Shown here: piece by piece, positions 10,011-19,049 of the stretch | How positions within the stretch are numbered: position 1 is the first letter of the stretch | Layout: every line of letters starts with the position of its first letter | Origin: an uncultured archaeon | GTDB taxonomy: Archaea; Aenigmatarchaeota; Aenigmatarchaeia; QMZP01; QMZT01 | Reading direction: 5' to 3' | Assembly: GCA_964346665.1 (NCBI GenBank) | Contig: CAYFVC010000067.1 | Location: forward strand, 987-64,986 | DNA: 64,000 nucleotides | Position numbers and translations under genes: made by a program | Notes under the pieces: model-generated | Seen by the model: the letters and a program-made list of their open reading frames with translations, nothing else | Databases searched by the model: none | Told to the model about the DNA's origin: nothing

Positions 10011-10928
10011 TTATCTTTTTCTCAATTGTTTTGCAGCATCTTCCGGAGAAACCTCGTTGACATTCAAGCCGAAAAACTCAAGGCCTGCGTGCGTAACAAG
10101 TCTTGGGTAAAAACTGATATGGAAATGGGAGAAATCTGATTTAGGGAAGTTGTGATAAACCATGTTATACGAAATCTTTGGGAACAGTTTTTTGATACTC
10201 TTAAAAACACCGTGAATTATTGTTGCCAAATCCTTCATTCCCTCTTCTTTCATCTCGGAAATTTCTGAGAAGTGTCTCTTTGGGAAGAAGGAAAGCTCGA
10301 AAGGCCAGACAGAAACATAAGGAGCGAAACATATCCAGTTCCTGTTAACATCAACCACCCTTTTTCGCGATTCTATTTCTTTTTTGATCATTAAACAGTA
10401 ACCGCATTTTCCTTCCTTCTTGAAATAACGTTCAGAATCTTCCATTTCATTTGCGATAAGCTTTGGAAAAAAGGGAGAGGCAAGAATCTGCAAATGAGAG
10501 TGGTGGATGGATTCCCCTCCCCCCTCTCCCCTGTTCTTGAATATGATGACATATTTCACACCATTCTTTTTCATTAAGTCTCCAGAATGCTTTTTCAGGG
10601 TTTTGAGAACAAGGAAAATTTGATCAACTTTCATTTGGTCATAATCCTCGGTATGCTTGGGGGTTTCCACCAAAATGTTATGGATACTAGATGATGTCAA
10701 CTTAACAGGAAACTTGTTTCGAAAAATCCTGATTTTCCAGTTTTTTTCATCCGGGTACACGAATAGACTCGGAGGTGTTAATTTTTCATTCCCTGGACAG
10801 AAAAAACACACATGCTTTGGTTTTTTCACCCCCTCCCTTCTACTTATCGATGCCCCGGGTCTCTTTGAACGCTTGGTTGCTATTATGACCTCTCTACCAA
10901 GAATATCCCTTCTTATCTCGTTGCTCAT
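10011..10928 (-). CDS. Galactose-1-phosphate uridylyltransferase-family (GalT/HIT-like) nucleotidyltransferase
   Basis: It has a CFFCPGNE zinc motif and HHSHLQ histidine-triad-like active-site residues, both typical of the GalT family. It is convergent with the sugar cluster. Confidence 0.7.
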   Translation of the reverse strand: MSNEIRRDILGREVIIATKRSKRPGASISRREGVKKPKHVCFFCPGNEKLTPPSLFVYPDEKNWKIRIFRNKFPVKLTSSSIHNILVETPKHTEDYDQMKVDQIFLVLKTLKKHSGDLMKKNGVKYVIIFKNRGEGGGESIHHSHLQILASPFFPKLIANEMEDSERYFKKEGKCGYCLMIKKEIESRKRVVDVNRNWICFAPYVSVWPFELSFFPKRHFSEISEMKEEGMKDLATIIHGVFKSIKKLFPKISYNMVYHNFPKSDFSHFHISFYPRLVTHAGLEFFGLNVNEVSPEDAAKQLRKR

Positions 10929-10949
10929 TCAATCTAATTAACTATTACT

Positions 10950-10970
10950 CCAGTTTTTTTATAAAAGATT
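10950..10970 (+). promoter_or_regulatory. TATA-like element (cagtttttttataaaag) upstream of PQQ paralog 1
   Basis: This is a sequence-only observation. Confidence 0.2.
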
Positions 10971-11027
10971 TGCAAAGGGCAATCAGCATGGAAGACCACT
11001 TTTTAAATTTTAAATCAATTTTTCACT

Positions 11028-12320
11028 ATGAATCCCGAAAAACACGATTTGTTCATGGCAACCGTTGGCTCTGATTTCGAGCTAGGTGACTTCGCCAAAA
11101 AAACTGAGGGGAAGAAGGCGTACAGAATATGGCATATTAAAGAGGGAGGAGGGAGCATAGACTCGGCTCCTGTTATGTACGAGGGCAAACTTTTCGTAGC
11201 CTCCCTCGACAATTACCTTTACGCGATAAACCCTGAGACGGGGAAGTTGATCTGGAAGTTCAGAGCGGATTCCCCTTTCATTGATAATTATCCTGCATAC
11301 TGGAAAGGAAGGCTTTACATTGGAAACTACGACCAAAACTTTTACTGTATAGATGCAAAGACCGGAAAAGAAATTTGGAGATTCCGGACGGGAGACAATA
11401 TATTCGGATCATGCGCTTTGGTTGTGGGCGGCAATGTTATATTCACTTCCAAAGACTTCTACGTATACTGTCTGGATTGCAAGACGGGTAAAATGATATG
11501 GGCATTCAGAACAGGCGGGTGGAGCGCTTCGACGCCCACACTCGCTGAAAACAAGGTTTTTGTCGGTTCTTCAGATGGAAACTTTTACTGCCTTGACCCA
11601 GAAACCGGAAAAGAAATCTGGCGCTTTAAAACTTCAGGAAACATATTTTCCCAGAACAGGTTCGCTGTGAATGATGGAATTATATACTTCGGCTCGGACG
11701 ATTCGAATGTCTACGGAGTGGGTATTTCTGACGGTAAAGAGAAGTTCAGGTTCAGGACTGGAGGATTCGTAAATGTAGTCCCCAGGGTTCATAACAACGT
11801 TGTTTACATTCATGCCAACGACAGACACCTATACGCAGTTGACATTAAAACGCGAAAAGAAATCTGGAGATTCAAGACAGGACACGATGAGGGCGGAACC
11901 GAAGCAATGATGCATGATAATAAACTGTATTTCGGTTCTTCTGACGATAACCTTTACTGTTTGGATCCGAATACTGGAAAAGAAATCTGGCGCTTTAAAA
12001 CAAGCGGGCCCGTATGGACACCACCACTTATAAAGAACGATCGAATTTATTTCGGTTCCTTTGATTGCCACCTGTATTGCATCACAACGGAAGGTAAGCT
12101 CCTTTGGAGGTTCCAAACCTCAACACTAAACCAGACCAAATACGAATACGAGGAGGAAACGATTTTCGAGTTCAAGCCTCCTAAAGTCGAGGAAACAAAA
12201 GACGAGGAAAAGGATATTTATGAGGTGAAAACAGAGGTGATGCACGGCGACACATATAAAGCTAAAAGCGAATATCAAATGGAAATACACTATCAATCAA
12301 AAGGTGGGGAGTATAAATGA
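11028..12320 (+). CDS. PQQ-repeat beta-propeller protein, paralog 1 of 4
   Basis: It has about 8 repeats of the form LY(A/C)(I/L)D..TGKE(I/L)W(R/K)F(K/R)T. There is no signal peptide. The N-terminal head (FMATVGSDFELGDFAKKT) and the acidic Tyr-rich tail are conserved among the paralogs. Confidence 0.75.
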   Translation: MNPEKHDLFMATVGSDFELGDFAKKTEGKKAYRIWHIKEGGGSIDSAPVMYEGKLFVASLDNYLYAINPETGKLIWKFRADSPFIDNYPAYWKGRLYIGNYDQNFYCIDAKTGKEIWRFRTGDNIFGSCALVVGGNVIFTSKDFYVYCLDCKTGKMIWAFRTGGWSASTPTLAENKVFVGSSDGNFYCLDPETGKEIWRFKTSGNIFSQNRFAVNDGIIYFGSDDSNVYGVGISDGKEKFRFRTGGFVNVVPRVHNNVVYIHANDRHLYAVDIKTRKEIWRFKTGHDEGGTEAMMHDNKLYFGSSDDNLYCLDPNTGKEIWRFKTSGPVWTPPLIKNDRIYFGSFDCHLYCITTEGKLLWRFQTSTLNQTKYEYEEETIFEFKPPKVEETKDEEKDIYEVKTEVMHGDTYKAKSEYQMEIHYQSKGGEYK

Positions 12321-13579
12321 GCGTTCAGTTCGAGAAGGATTTTGACATAGAGATGACCGATCTGACCAAGAAGAAAAAAGGCAAGAGGTTCAGCATCCTG
12401 TGGACACACCTGCCCGGTGGCGGAAGTATCGCTTCAATCCCACTGGTCCACAACGATGTGATATACTTCGGATGTGATGATTTCTACGTTTACGCGGTTT
12501 CGCTCGAAGGTAAAGAGATATGGAAATTCAAAACGAACGGCTGCATCCCAAATGCAACTCCTCTTATAAAAGATAATATTCTCTACATAGGCTCTTATGA
12601 CGGATACTTACACGCTATAAACATAAAAACAGGAAAACTCGTTTGGAAGTTCAAAACGGGTGATAAGATATGCTTTTCTGCATCTATTCATAAAAACGTC
12701 ATCTACTTCGGTTCAAGGGACGGTTATGTTTATGCTGTTGACACGAAAGGAGAAGAATTATGGAGGTTCAAGACAGGGGATTTTGTGAGATCCGTTCCAA
12801 CCGTTCACAACAACAAGATTTTCGTTGGCTCTTACGATTGCAATCTTTACGCGTTGGACTTCAACGGTAAGGAGATTTGGAGGTTCAAAACAGGAGGAGT
12901 TATAATAAATATCGAACCGTTTTGCATAGAAAAGAACAAAATTTACTTTGGCTCTTATGACAACAACCTTTATGCAGTGGACACGGAAACGGGAAAAGAA
13001 CTATGGAGGTTCAAGGCGAGCTGGGGCGTGAACGGCGTCCCTACCCTGCATAAGGGAAGATTGTATTTCGGCTCCGAGGATGGGAATTTTTATTCGATTG
13101 ATCTGAAAGGGAATGAGGTATGGCGTTTCAAGGCGGGAGGAGGGATAGGGACCAGTCACACAGCAATTCATAAGAACACGGCTTATTTCGGTTCTGAAGA
13201 TGGGAATCTTTATGCCTTAGACATGAATACAGGGAAGGAGAAATGGAGGTTCAAAACGTTCGGACCAACATGGGCCGGCTCTATTTTATACAAAGGGATA
13301 ATATATCTCGGTTCCTGGGATTGCCACATGTACGCTATAGATCCAGAAAAGGGCAAGGAAATGTGGAGGTTCGTCACCTCCACACTGAACCAGTCCGATG
13401 AAATTCTGGAAGAGGAAACCCCTATCGAATTCGCGGAAAGGAAGGAAGAGAAAGAAGTAATAGAGGAAGACAAATACACCGTAAAGAGAACAGTCGAGAT
13501 TTCAGGGGATGTTTACACCACAAGAAGCGAATACGCTTTCAAATCAGAATACGATAAGAAGGAGAAACATTACGAATAA
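12317..13579 (+). CDS. PQQ-repeat beta-propeller protein, paralog 2 of 4
   Basis: It has the same repeat architecture as paralog 1. Its ATG overlaps the stop of the upstream paralog (ATGA), suggesting translational coupling. Confidence 0.75.
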   Translation: MSVQFEKDFDIEMTDLTKKKKGKRFSILWTHLPGGGSIASIPLVHNDVIYFGCDDFYVYAVSLEGKEIWKFKTNGCIPNATPLIKDNILYIGSYDGYLHAINIKTGKLVWKFKTGDKICFSASIHKNVIYFGSRDGYVYAVDTKGEELWRFKTGDFVRSVPTVHNNKIFVGSYDCNLYALDFNGKEIWRFKTGGVIINIEPFCIEKNKIYFGSYDNNLYAVDTETGKELWRFKASWGVNGVPTLHKGRLYFGSEDGNFYSIDLKGNEVWRFKAGGGIGTSHTAIHKNTAYFGSEDGNLYALDMNTGKEKWRFKTFGPTWAGSILYKGIIYLGSWDCHMYAIDPEKGKEMWRFVTSTLNQSDEILEEETPIEFAERKEEKEVIEEDKYTVKRTVEISGDVYTTRSEYAFKSEYDKKEKHYE

Positions 13580-13612
13580 CGAACTTATTAATTTTTCAGA
13601 CAAATTTTCACT

Positions 13613-14899
13613 ATGAAATACGAAAAAGAAAGCTTTTTCACCGCAACCGTAGGAAGCGAGATGGGATTCGAGCTTGGAGATTTCGTGAAGAAGACGAAGA
13701 CAGGGAAAGCCTTCCGTATATGGCACATAAAGGAAGGCGGGGGTTGTGTTGAATGCACTCCGGTTATCATAGACAACATCCTGTATTTCACTTCCCACGA
13801 CCACAATCTCTACGCTTACGAGTTGCCTTCAAGAAAACTACTATGGAAGTTCAGAACGGGTGCCCTGCTCAGTCAGACTACACCTGTATTTTGGAATGAT
13901 TACGTATACATTTGTTGTTATGATAATAATCTATACTGCATACATGCTAGAACAGGCAAGGAGTTATGGAGATTCCGAACCGGAGATCGATTGTATTCAA
14001 CCGCATCGGTTGGAGAAGGCATTGTTTACTTCTCCTCAAAAGACCAGTACGTATACGCAATAAACGCAGAGACTGGTAAAGAACTCTGGAAGTTCAGAAC
14101 TGGCGGCTGGACAGGCTCAAAACCAACCTTGCACGAAGGAAGAGTCTTTGTTGGCTCTTTCGACGGAAATTTGTACTGCCTAGATGTCAAAACAGGAAAA
14201 GAATTGTGGAGGTTCAGAACAGAAGGCAATATATACAATTCTGATGATTTCGCCGTAAAAGATGGAATAGTGTATTTCGGAAGCGATGACCAGAACCTTT
14301 ACGCCGTTAGCACGGATAGTGGCAAGGAGATCTGGAGATTCAGAACAGGAGGGATTGTAAACAGCGCAGCCACTATAAGTGACAACGTCATATACTTCGG
14401 TTCGCAGGACAGGAACCTCTACGCCTTGGACATGAACGGCAAGGAGTTATGGAGATTCCAGACAGGAGACAAAGTGGCATCAAAGCCTATTGTTTATAAG
14501 GGAGTCATATATTTCGGTTCAACAGACTACAACCTTTACGCTGTCACAAAAGAAGGGAAACTTTTCTGGAAATTCAGAACCGAGAATGAGATCTGGAGTA
14601 CACCTAACCTGAAGGAAGGAATAGTTTATTTCGGTTCATACGATTGCCATCTTTATGCAGTAGACGCAAAAATAGGAAAAGAACTTTTCAGATTTAAGAC
14701 CAGCAGTTCAAAGGTTAGCGAATATGAAATCGAGCAGGAAACAATATTCGAATTCAAACCACCAGAAGTCAAAGAAGAAAAGGAAGAAAAGGAAGATAGG
14801 TATGAAGTGAAAACTCAGGCCACACACGAGAGCACGTACGACACGAAAAGCGAATACGTTTTCAAGAGTGAGTACAAACAAGAGTCGGAATACAAATAA
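13613..14899 (+). CDS. PQQ-repeat beta-propeller protein, paralog 3 of 4
   Basis: It is highly similar to paralog 1 and has the same upstream sequence (ttttcactATG). It ends in an SEYKQESEYK tail. Confidence 0.75.
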   Translation: MKYEKESFFTATVGSEMGFELGDFVKKTKTGKAFRIWHIKEGGGCVECTPVIIDNILYFTSHDHNLYAYELPSRKLLWKFRTGALLSQTTPVFWNDYVYICCYDNNLYCIHARTGKELWRFRTGDRLYSTASVGEGIVYFSSKDQYVYAINAETGKELWKFRTGGWTGSKPTLHEGRVFVGSFDGNLYCLDVKTGKELWRFRTEGNIYNSDDFAVKDGIVYFGSDDQNLYAVSTDSGKEIWRFRTGGIVNSAATISDNVIYFGSQDRNLYALDMNGKELWRFQTGDKVASKPIVYKGVIYFGSTDYNLYAVTKEGKLFWKFRTENEIWSTPNLKEGIVYFGSYDCHLYAVDAKIGKELFRFKTSSSKVSEYEIEQETIFEFKPPEVKEEKEEKEDRYEVKTQATHESTYDTKSEYVFKSEYKQESEYK

Positions 14900-14931
14900 A
14901 GAGATTTTAAATTTTAACACAAGTGTTGATT

Positions 14932-16218
14932 ATGAACTTCGAAAGAAAAGACCTTTTCATGACAACCCTTGATCCCAAAATGGGATTTGAACTGGGAGAT
15001 TTCGTGAAGAAAAAACATGGAGGGAAGGTTTTCAAATCATTTTATTACAGGGGCGAGGGCGGAAATATAGACGCAAGTATCAGGGAATTCAACAATAAGA
15101 TCCTGGTGGCGTCTCTTGACAGAAGGCTCTATAAACTAGATCCAAAAACAGGCAAGAAGATATGGGAATTCAAAGCAGGAGGGTATTTTGGAACAGGTGG
15201 ACCGGAAGTTCATAATTCAAGGGTTTATATAGGTAACTACGATCACAATTTCTACTGCATAGATTTCAATACGGGAAAGGAAATCTGGCGCTTCAAGACA
15301 GGGGATGTGATTTCCTCTTCTCCGTTGCTTGTAAAGGACATGGTCATCTTCCCTTCGCATGATTACTTCGTTTATGCCCTTGATATCAAAACGAGCAAGA
15401 TGTTATGGGCTTTCCGAACAGGCGGTTGGACAAATTTCAGCCCTGTTTCTGATGGGGAGAACATATTCATCGCATCCTCAGATGGGAACCTCTATTGTTT
15501 GGATTTCGAGGGAAGGGAGAAATGGAGGTTCACCACAGGAGGGAACATGTTCACCAAGGAGCAGGCCCCAATAGTGGATGGGGTGATATACTTCGGCTCG
15601 GATGACTGTTTTATTTACGGATTGGATATCAAGACAGGGAGAGAGGTCTGGAGATTCAAGACGGGTGGGATGGTAAATAGGCCTCCTGTTATATCGGATG
15701 GAAAAATGTACATACTTTCGCATGACGGATATTTTTACTGCATAGACATGGAAACGCGAAAAGAGCTCTGGAGGTTCAAGACATCTTCAGATGAAGGTGG
15801 AACTAAAGCCCTCATATTAAAAGACAGGATAATATTCTGTTCAGCTGATTACAACGTTTACTGCCTTGACAAGAATGGAAAACTTCTGTGGAAATTCCGA
15901 ACAGGCGGACACATATGGAGCACGCCTTTGTTCTACAAAGGAAAGCTGTATGTGGGTTCATACGATTGTCGCCTTTACTGCATGGATATCGAAGGCAACG
16001 TGGAATGGAGATTCGAAACCTCGAACCTGAATCAAGCACTCTGCATAATCGAAAATGGAACTACAATGGAATTCAAGCCCCCGGAAATCACAGGGGAAAA
16101 AGAGGAGAGAGAAGAAAAATACGAAACCAAAACACAGACGGGAGGCGAAGACGCCTACAAGGTTCAAAGCGAGTACGTGTTCAAATCAGAATACAAGCAG
16201 GAATCCGAGTATAAGTAA
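14932..16218 (+). CDS. PQQ-repeat beta-propeller protein, paralog 4 of 4
   Basis: It has the same architecture. The start is probably MNFERKDLFMTT (the tool ORF begins 9 nt earlier). It ends in SEYKQESEYK. Confidence 0.7.
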   Translation: MNFERKDLFMTTLDPKMGFELGDFVKKKHGGKVFKSFYYRGEGGNIDASIREFNNKILVASLDRRLYKLDPKTGKKIWEFKAGGYFGTGGPEVHNSRVYIGNYDHNFYCIDFNTGKEIWRFKTGDVISSSPLLVKDMVIFPSHDYFVYALDIKTSKMLWAFRTGGWTNFSPVSDGENIFIASSDGNLYCLDFEGREKWRFTTGGNMFTKEQAPIVDGVIYFGSDDCFIYGLDIKTGREVWRFKTGGMVNRPPVISDGKMYILSHDGYFYCIDMETRKELWRFKTSSDEGGTKALILKDRIIFCSADYNVYCLDKNGKLLWKFRTGGHIWSTPLFYKGKLYVGSYDCRLYCMDIEGNVEWRFETSNLNQALCIIENGTTMEFKPPEITGEKEEREEKYETKTQTGGEDAYKVQSEYVFKSEYKQESEYK

Positions 16219-16241
16219 TTCCAGACCACTTCTCGAATTGA

Positions 16242-17429
16242 TTATTTTTTGAAAACGATTTTGATGGTATCCCCGTCTTTCAATTCGTGATCCTTGCTGA
16301 TCTTCTGCTTGGTCTTTGCATCTATCCCACACACCATGTTTTCGGCGATATCGGAGTGAACCTTTTCCGCGAGATTTTTGGCGGTGCTTCCTTTCTTGAG
16401 TAAAATCGCATCGGGGAGAACTTGGTTTTTTTTATTTGAGAAGTGTGTTTCACTTTCCACAGGGTAGACCACTATGTAATTCAAGAGTTCGAAAACCGCT
16501 TTGTTAAGGGATTGCTGAATACCTGTTAGCCCGAATTTTTCCAGGACATTTTCCTTTATGAAATTCAGGGCTTCTATTTGCTTTTCATTCATTTTGCTTT
16601 CATCTTTTATTTTGAATTCGCCATCACCCGGGGTGTATTCTATTATCCCTCCCTTCGCAGCCCTCCTAAGGGCAAGCTCGCTTTCAGCAGAACATGGTAC
16701 GCACTCAATTCTGGATTTCTTGACCTTCTCATAGATTTCTTTCGAAACAGGAACATCTATCTTGTTCGCTGCGATCAGGATTGGTTTGTTACTTTCCCTC
16801 AAAACTTCAACAAACTCCAAAAGCTTTCCCTCATCAGCGTTCACATTCAGTTTCGTCTTTTCAATCGCTCCCTTCACGAATTCCTCTGTTATACCCAAAC
16901 CTGTTAACTGTTTTGTGATCAGGGCGTCCAAACCTATTTTCGCGGTCTCGATTTTTTTCCTTATCTGGTCCCAGTTCTTTGTCAGAATCCCCAGTATCCA
17001 GAAGTCGATCTCCTTGACAAAGAATTTTATGTCCTCTAGAGGATCTTGACTTCCAGGGGAAACAGGATTCCCGTCTTTGTCTGTCCCTCCTGAAATATCA
17101 ACCACGTGTATCAAAGCGTTTGCCTCCATTATGTCAGAGAGGAATTGGTTTCCCAGACCCCTCCCCTTGTGGGCATCAGGGACAAGACCAGCCACGTCTA
17201 TTATTTTTACCGGGATCAGCCTTGTCCCATCCTCGCATTTCGAATTCTGTGGATCGCATTTAACATTCAATTTCTTGCAAGGGCATTCATTTGTGACATA
17301 TCCTACCCCCACATTCGGTTTTATCGTGGTAAAAATACGATTAGAAATCTCCACGTCAACCAGGGTCGCTGCATTGAAAAATGTCGACTTCCCGGTGTTG
17401 CTCTTCCCTGTCAATGCTATCAGCATCAA
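16242..17429 (-). CDS. OBG/YchF-like GTPase with C-terminal TGS domain (archaeal Ygr210-type)
   Basis: It has a P-loop (GKSNTGKST), G3 (DVAG) and G4-like motifs, a Cys-rich insertion, and a C-terminal beta-grasp TGS-like domain (DGDTIKIVFKK). Confidence 0.75.
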   Translation of the reverse strand: MMLIALTGKSNTGKSTFFNAATLVDVEISNRIFTTIKPNVGVGYVTNECPCKKLNVKCDPQNSKCEDGTRLIPVKIIDVAGLVPDAHKGRGLGNQFLSDIMEANALIHVVDISGGTDKDGNPVSPGSQDPLEDIKFFVKEIDFWILGILTKNWDQIRKKIETAKIGLDALITKQLTGLGITEEFVKGAIEKTKLNVNADEGKLLEFVEVLRESNKPILIAANKIDVPVSKEIYEKVKKSRIECVPCSAESELALRRAAKGGIIEYTPGDGEFKIKDESKMNEKQIEALNFIKENVLEKFGLTGIQQSLNKAVFELLNYIVVYPVESETHFSNKKNQVLPDAILLKKGSTAKNLAEKVHSDIAENMVCGIDAKTKQKISKDHELKDGDTIKIVFKK

Positions 17430-18940
17430 CTCACCTTCCCTTCAATCTTCTTGAAAAGAATCTTCGCTTTTCCTATCTTATGGTTTTCAAGCGGTTTCTT
17501 GAGATCCTCCCATTTAAGATCCTTTGAATTCAGTTGTTTCTCTAGCTTTTTCGAAAATTCCGGCAGGATGGGTTTCAGAAGTATTGCGAGGTCCTTCACT
17601 ATGTTGGCTGAAAATGCAAGAACCCCACTGCATTTTTCCTGTTCCTTCTTGATCAGTACCCAGGGCTGGTTTTCCTGGAAATACCGGTTTCCGATATCCC
17701 CTATCTCAAGTACCCCTTTGATAGCGTCACGGAAGTTGTAATCAAGATAGCATTTACGAATGTTTTCAATCTTCTTTTCGATTTCTTTCGAAAGTTTCTT
17801 CTCCCATTCACCCTTCGCTACCCCTCCAACCCTCGATTCTGAATACCTGTTTATGAAGCTGAGCGTTCGATAGCAGAAGTTTGAGATGTTCGCGACGAGC
17901 TCGTTGTTCACCCTCTCAACGAGATCCTTTGTTGAGAAGTCCCCGTCCTCTCCCATAGGAATTTCCTTGGCGAAGAAATACCTAACATGATCTGCTTCAT
18001 ACCTTTTAACGATCTCAGCAGGATCTATATGAGTCCCAAGAGATTTGCTTATCTTCTGACCGTTTACAGTAAGGTAACCATGAACAAGTATTGTCCTTGG
18101 AGGCTTTATCCCAGCTGAGATGAGCATTGCAGGCCAGATCACTGAATGGAACCAGTTTATCCCCTTCCCAATAACATGCGCATCCGCCGGCCAGAATTCC
18201 TTGAACTTCTTGCCATCAGGATAATCCAAGGCAGACACGTAGTTTATTAACGCATCAAACCAGACATAGATTTTGTGTTTCTTGTCAACAGGGATATCTA
18301 TTCCCCAGTTGAGGCCCTTCCTGCTAACACACAAGTCTTTCAACTCATCGGATTTTATTCTTGAAAGCATTTCGTTTCTCCTCTTCTTCGGAATTACGAA
18401 GGTCGGAGATTCCAGAAGCTTGATTATCTGATCCTTGTATTTACTAAGCCTGAAAAAGTAAGCCTCCTCTTTGAGAGACTTGGGAGGTTTTTGGTGTTCA
18501 GGACATTTCCCATCAACCAAATCCTTTTCGGTTAGATAACTTTCACAACCCTCACAGTACAGGCCTTGATAAAATCCCTTATATATGTCCCCCTTATCCA
18601 AAACCTTCTTGAATATATTCTGAGAAATCTTTATGTGGCTTTCCTCTGTGGTTCTTATGAAATGGTCATTCGATATACTAAGAATCCCAGTAAGTTCCTT
18701 GAAATACTTCACGTTTCTATCCACAAATTTTTTAGTTGGGATACCTGCCTCTTTCGCTGCCTGAGAATTCTTTTGAGCATTTTCATCAGTTCCTGTTAAG
18801 AAAAAAACCTTCTCACCCCTCAACCTCCGAAACCTAGCTATAATATCGGCTATCACTTTCTCATAAGCATGCCCTATATGTGGCTTTGCATTCACGTAGT
18901 CTATCGCTGTCGTAACGTAGAACTTCATTTTCACCACCAT
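17426..18940 (-). CDS. metG: Methionyl-tRNA synthetase
   Basis: It has the HIGH motif (PHIGHAYE), KMSKS as KISKS, and a zinc knuckle (CEGCESY...CPEH). It is a class I aaRS with MetRS-specific signatures. Confidence 0.9.
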   Translation of the reverse strand: MVVKMKFYVTTAIDYVNAKPHIGHAYEKVIADIIARFRRLRGEKVFFLTGTDENAQKNSQAAKEAGIPTKKFVDRNVKYFKELTGILSISNDHFIRTTEESHIKISQNIFKKVLDKGDIYKGFYQGLYCEGCESYLTEKDLVDGKCPEHQKPPKSLKEEAYFFRLSKYKDQIIKLLESPTFVIPKKRRNEMLSRIKSDELKDLCVSRKGLNWGIDIPVDKKHKIYVWFDALINYVSALDYPDGKKFKEFWPADAHVIGKGINWFHSVIWPAMLISAGIKPPRTILVHGYLTVNGQKISKSLGTHIDPAEIVKRYEADHVRYFFAKEIPMGEDGDFSTKDLVERVNNELVANISNFCYRTLSFINRYSESRVGGVAKGEWEKKLSKEIEKKIENIRKCYLDYNFRDAIKGVLEIGDIGNRYFQENQPWVLIKKEQEKCSGVLAFSANIVKDLAILLKPILPEFSKKLEKQLNSKDLKWEDLKKPLENHKIGKAKILFKKIEGKVS

Positions 18941-19049
18941 AAAAAGAAGTTCGCATTTCTAATTTAAATAAATGAATATGATCAGGGGTTATAATTATTA
19001 ATTTAGAAAACAATAAATAGCTGGCTGTGAAAATAACAAAAGTGAGGAA

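Noticed and set aside
12317-12320. A 4-nt overlap between PQQ paralogs 1 and 2 might indicate a frameshifted single gene.
   Set aside because: Each ORF has a complete head-propeller-tail architecture. The ATGA overlap is ordinary translational coupling.
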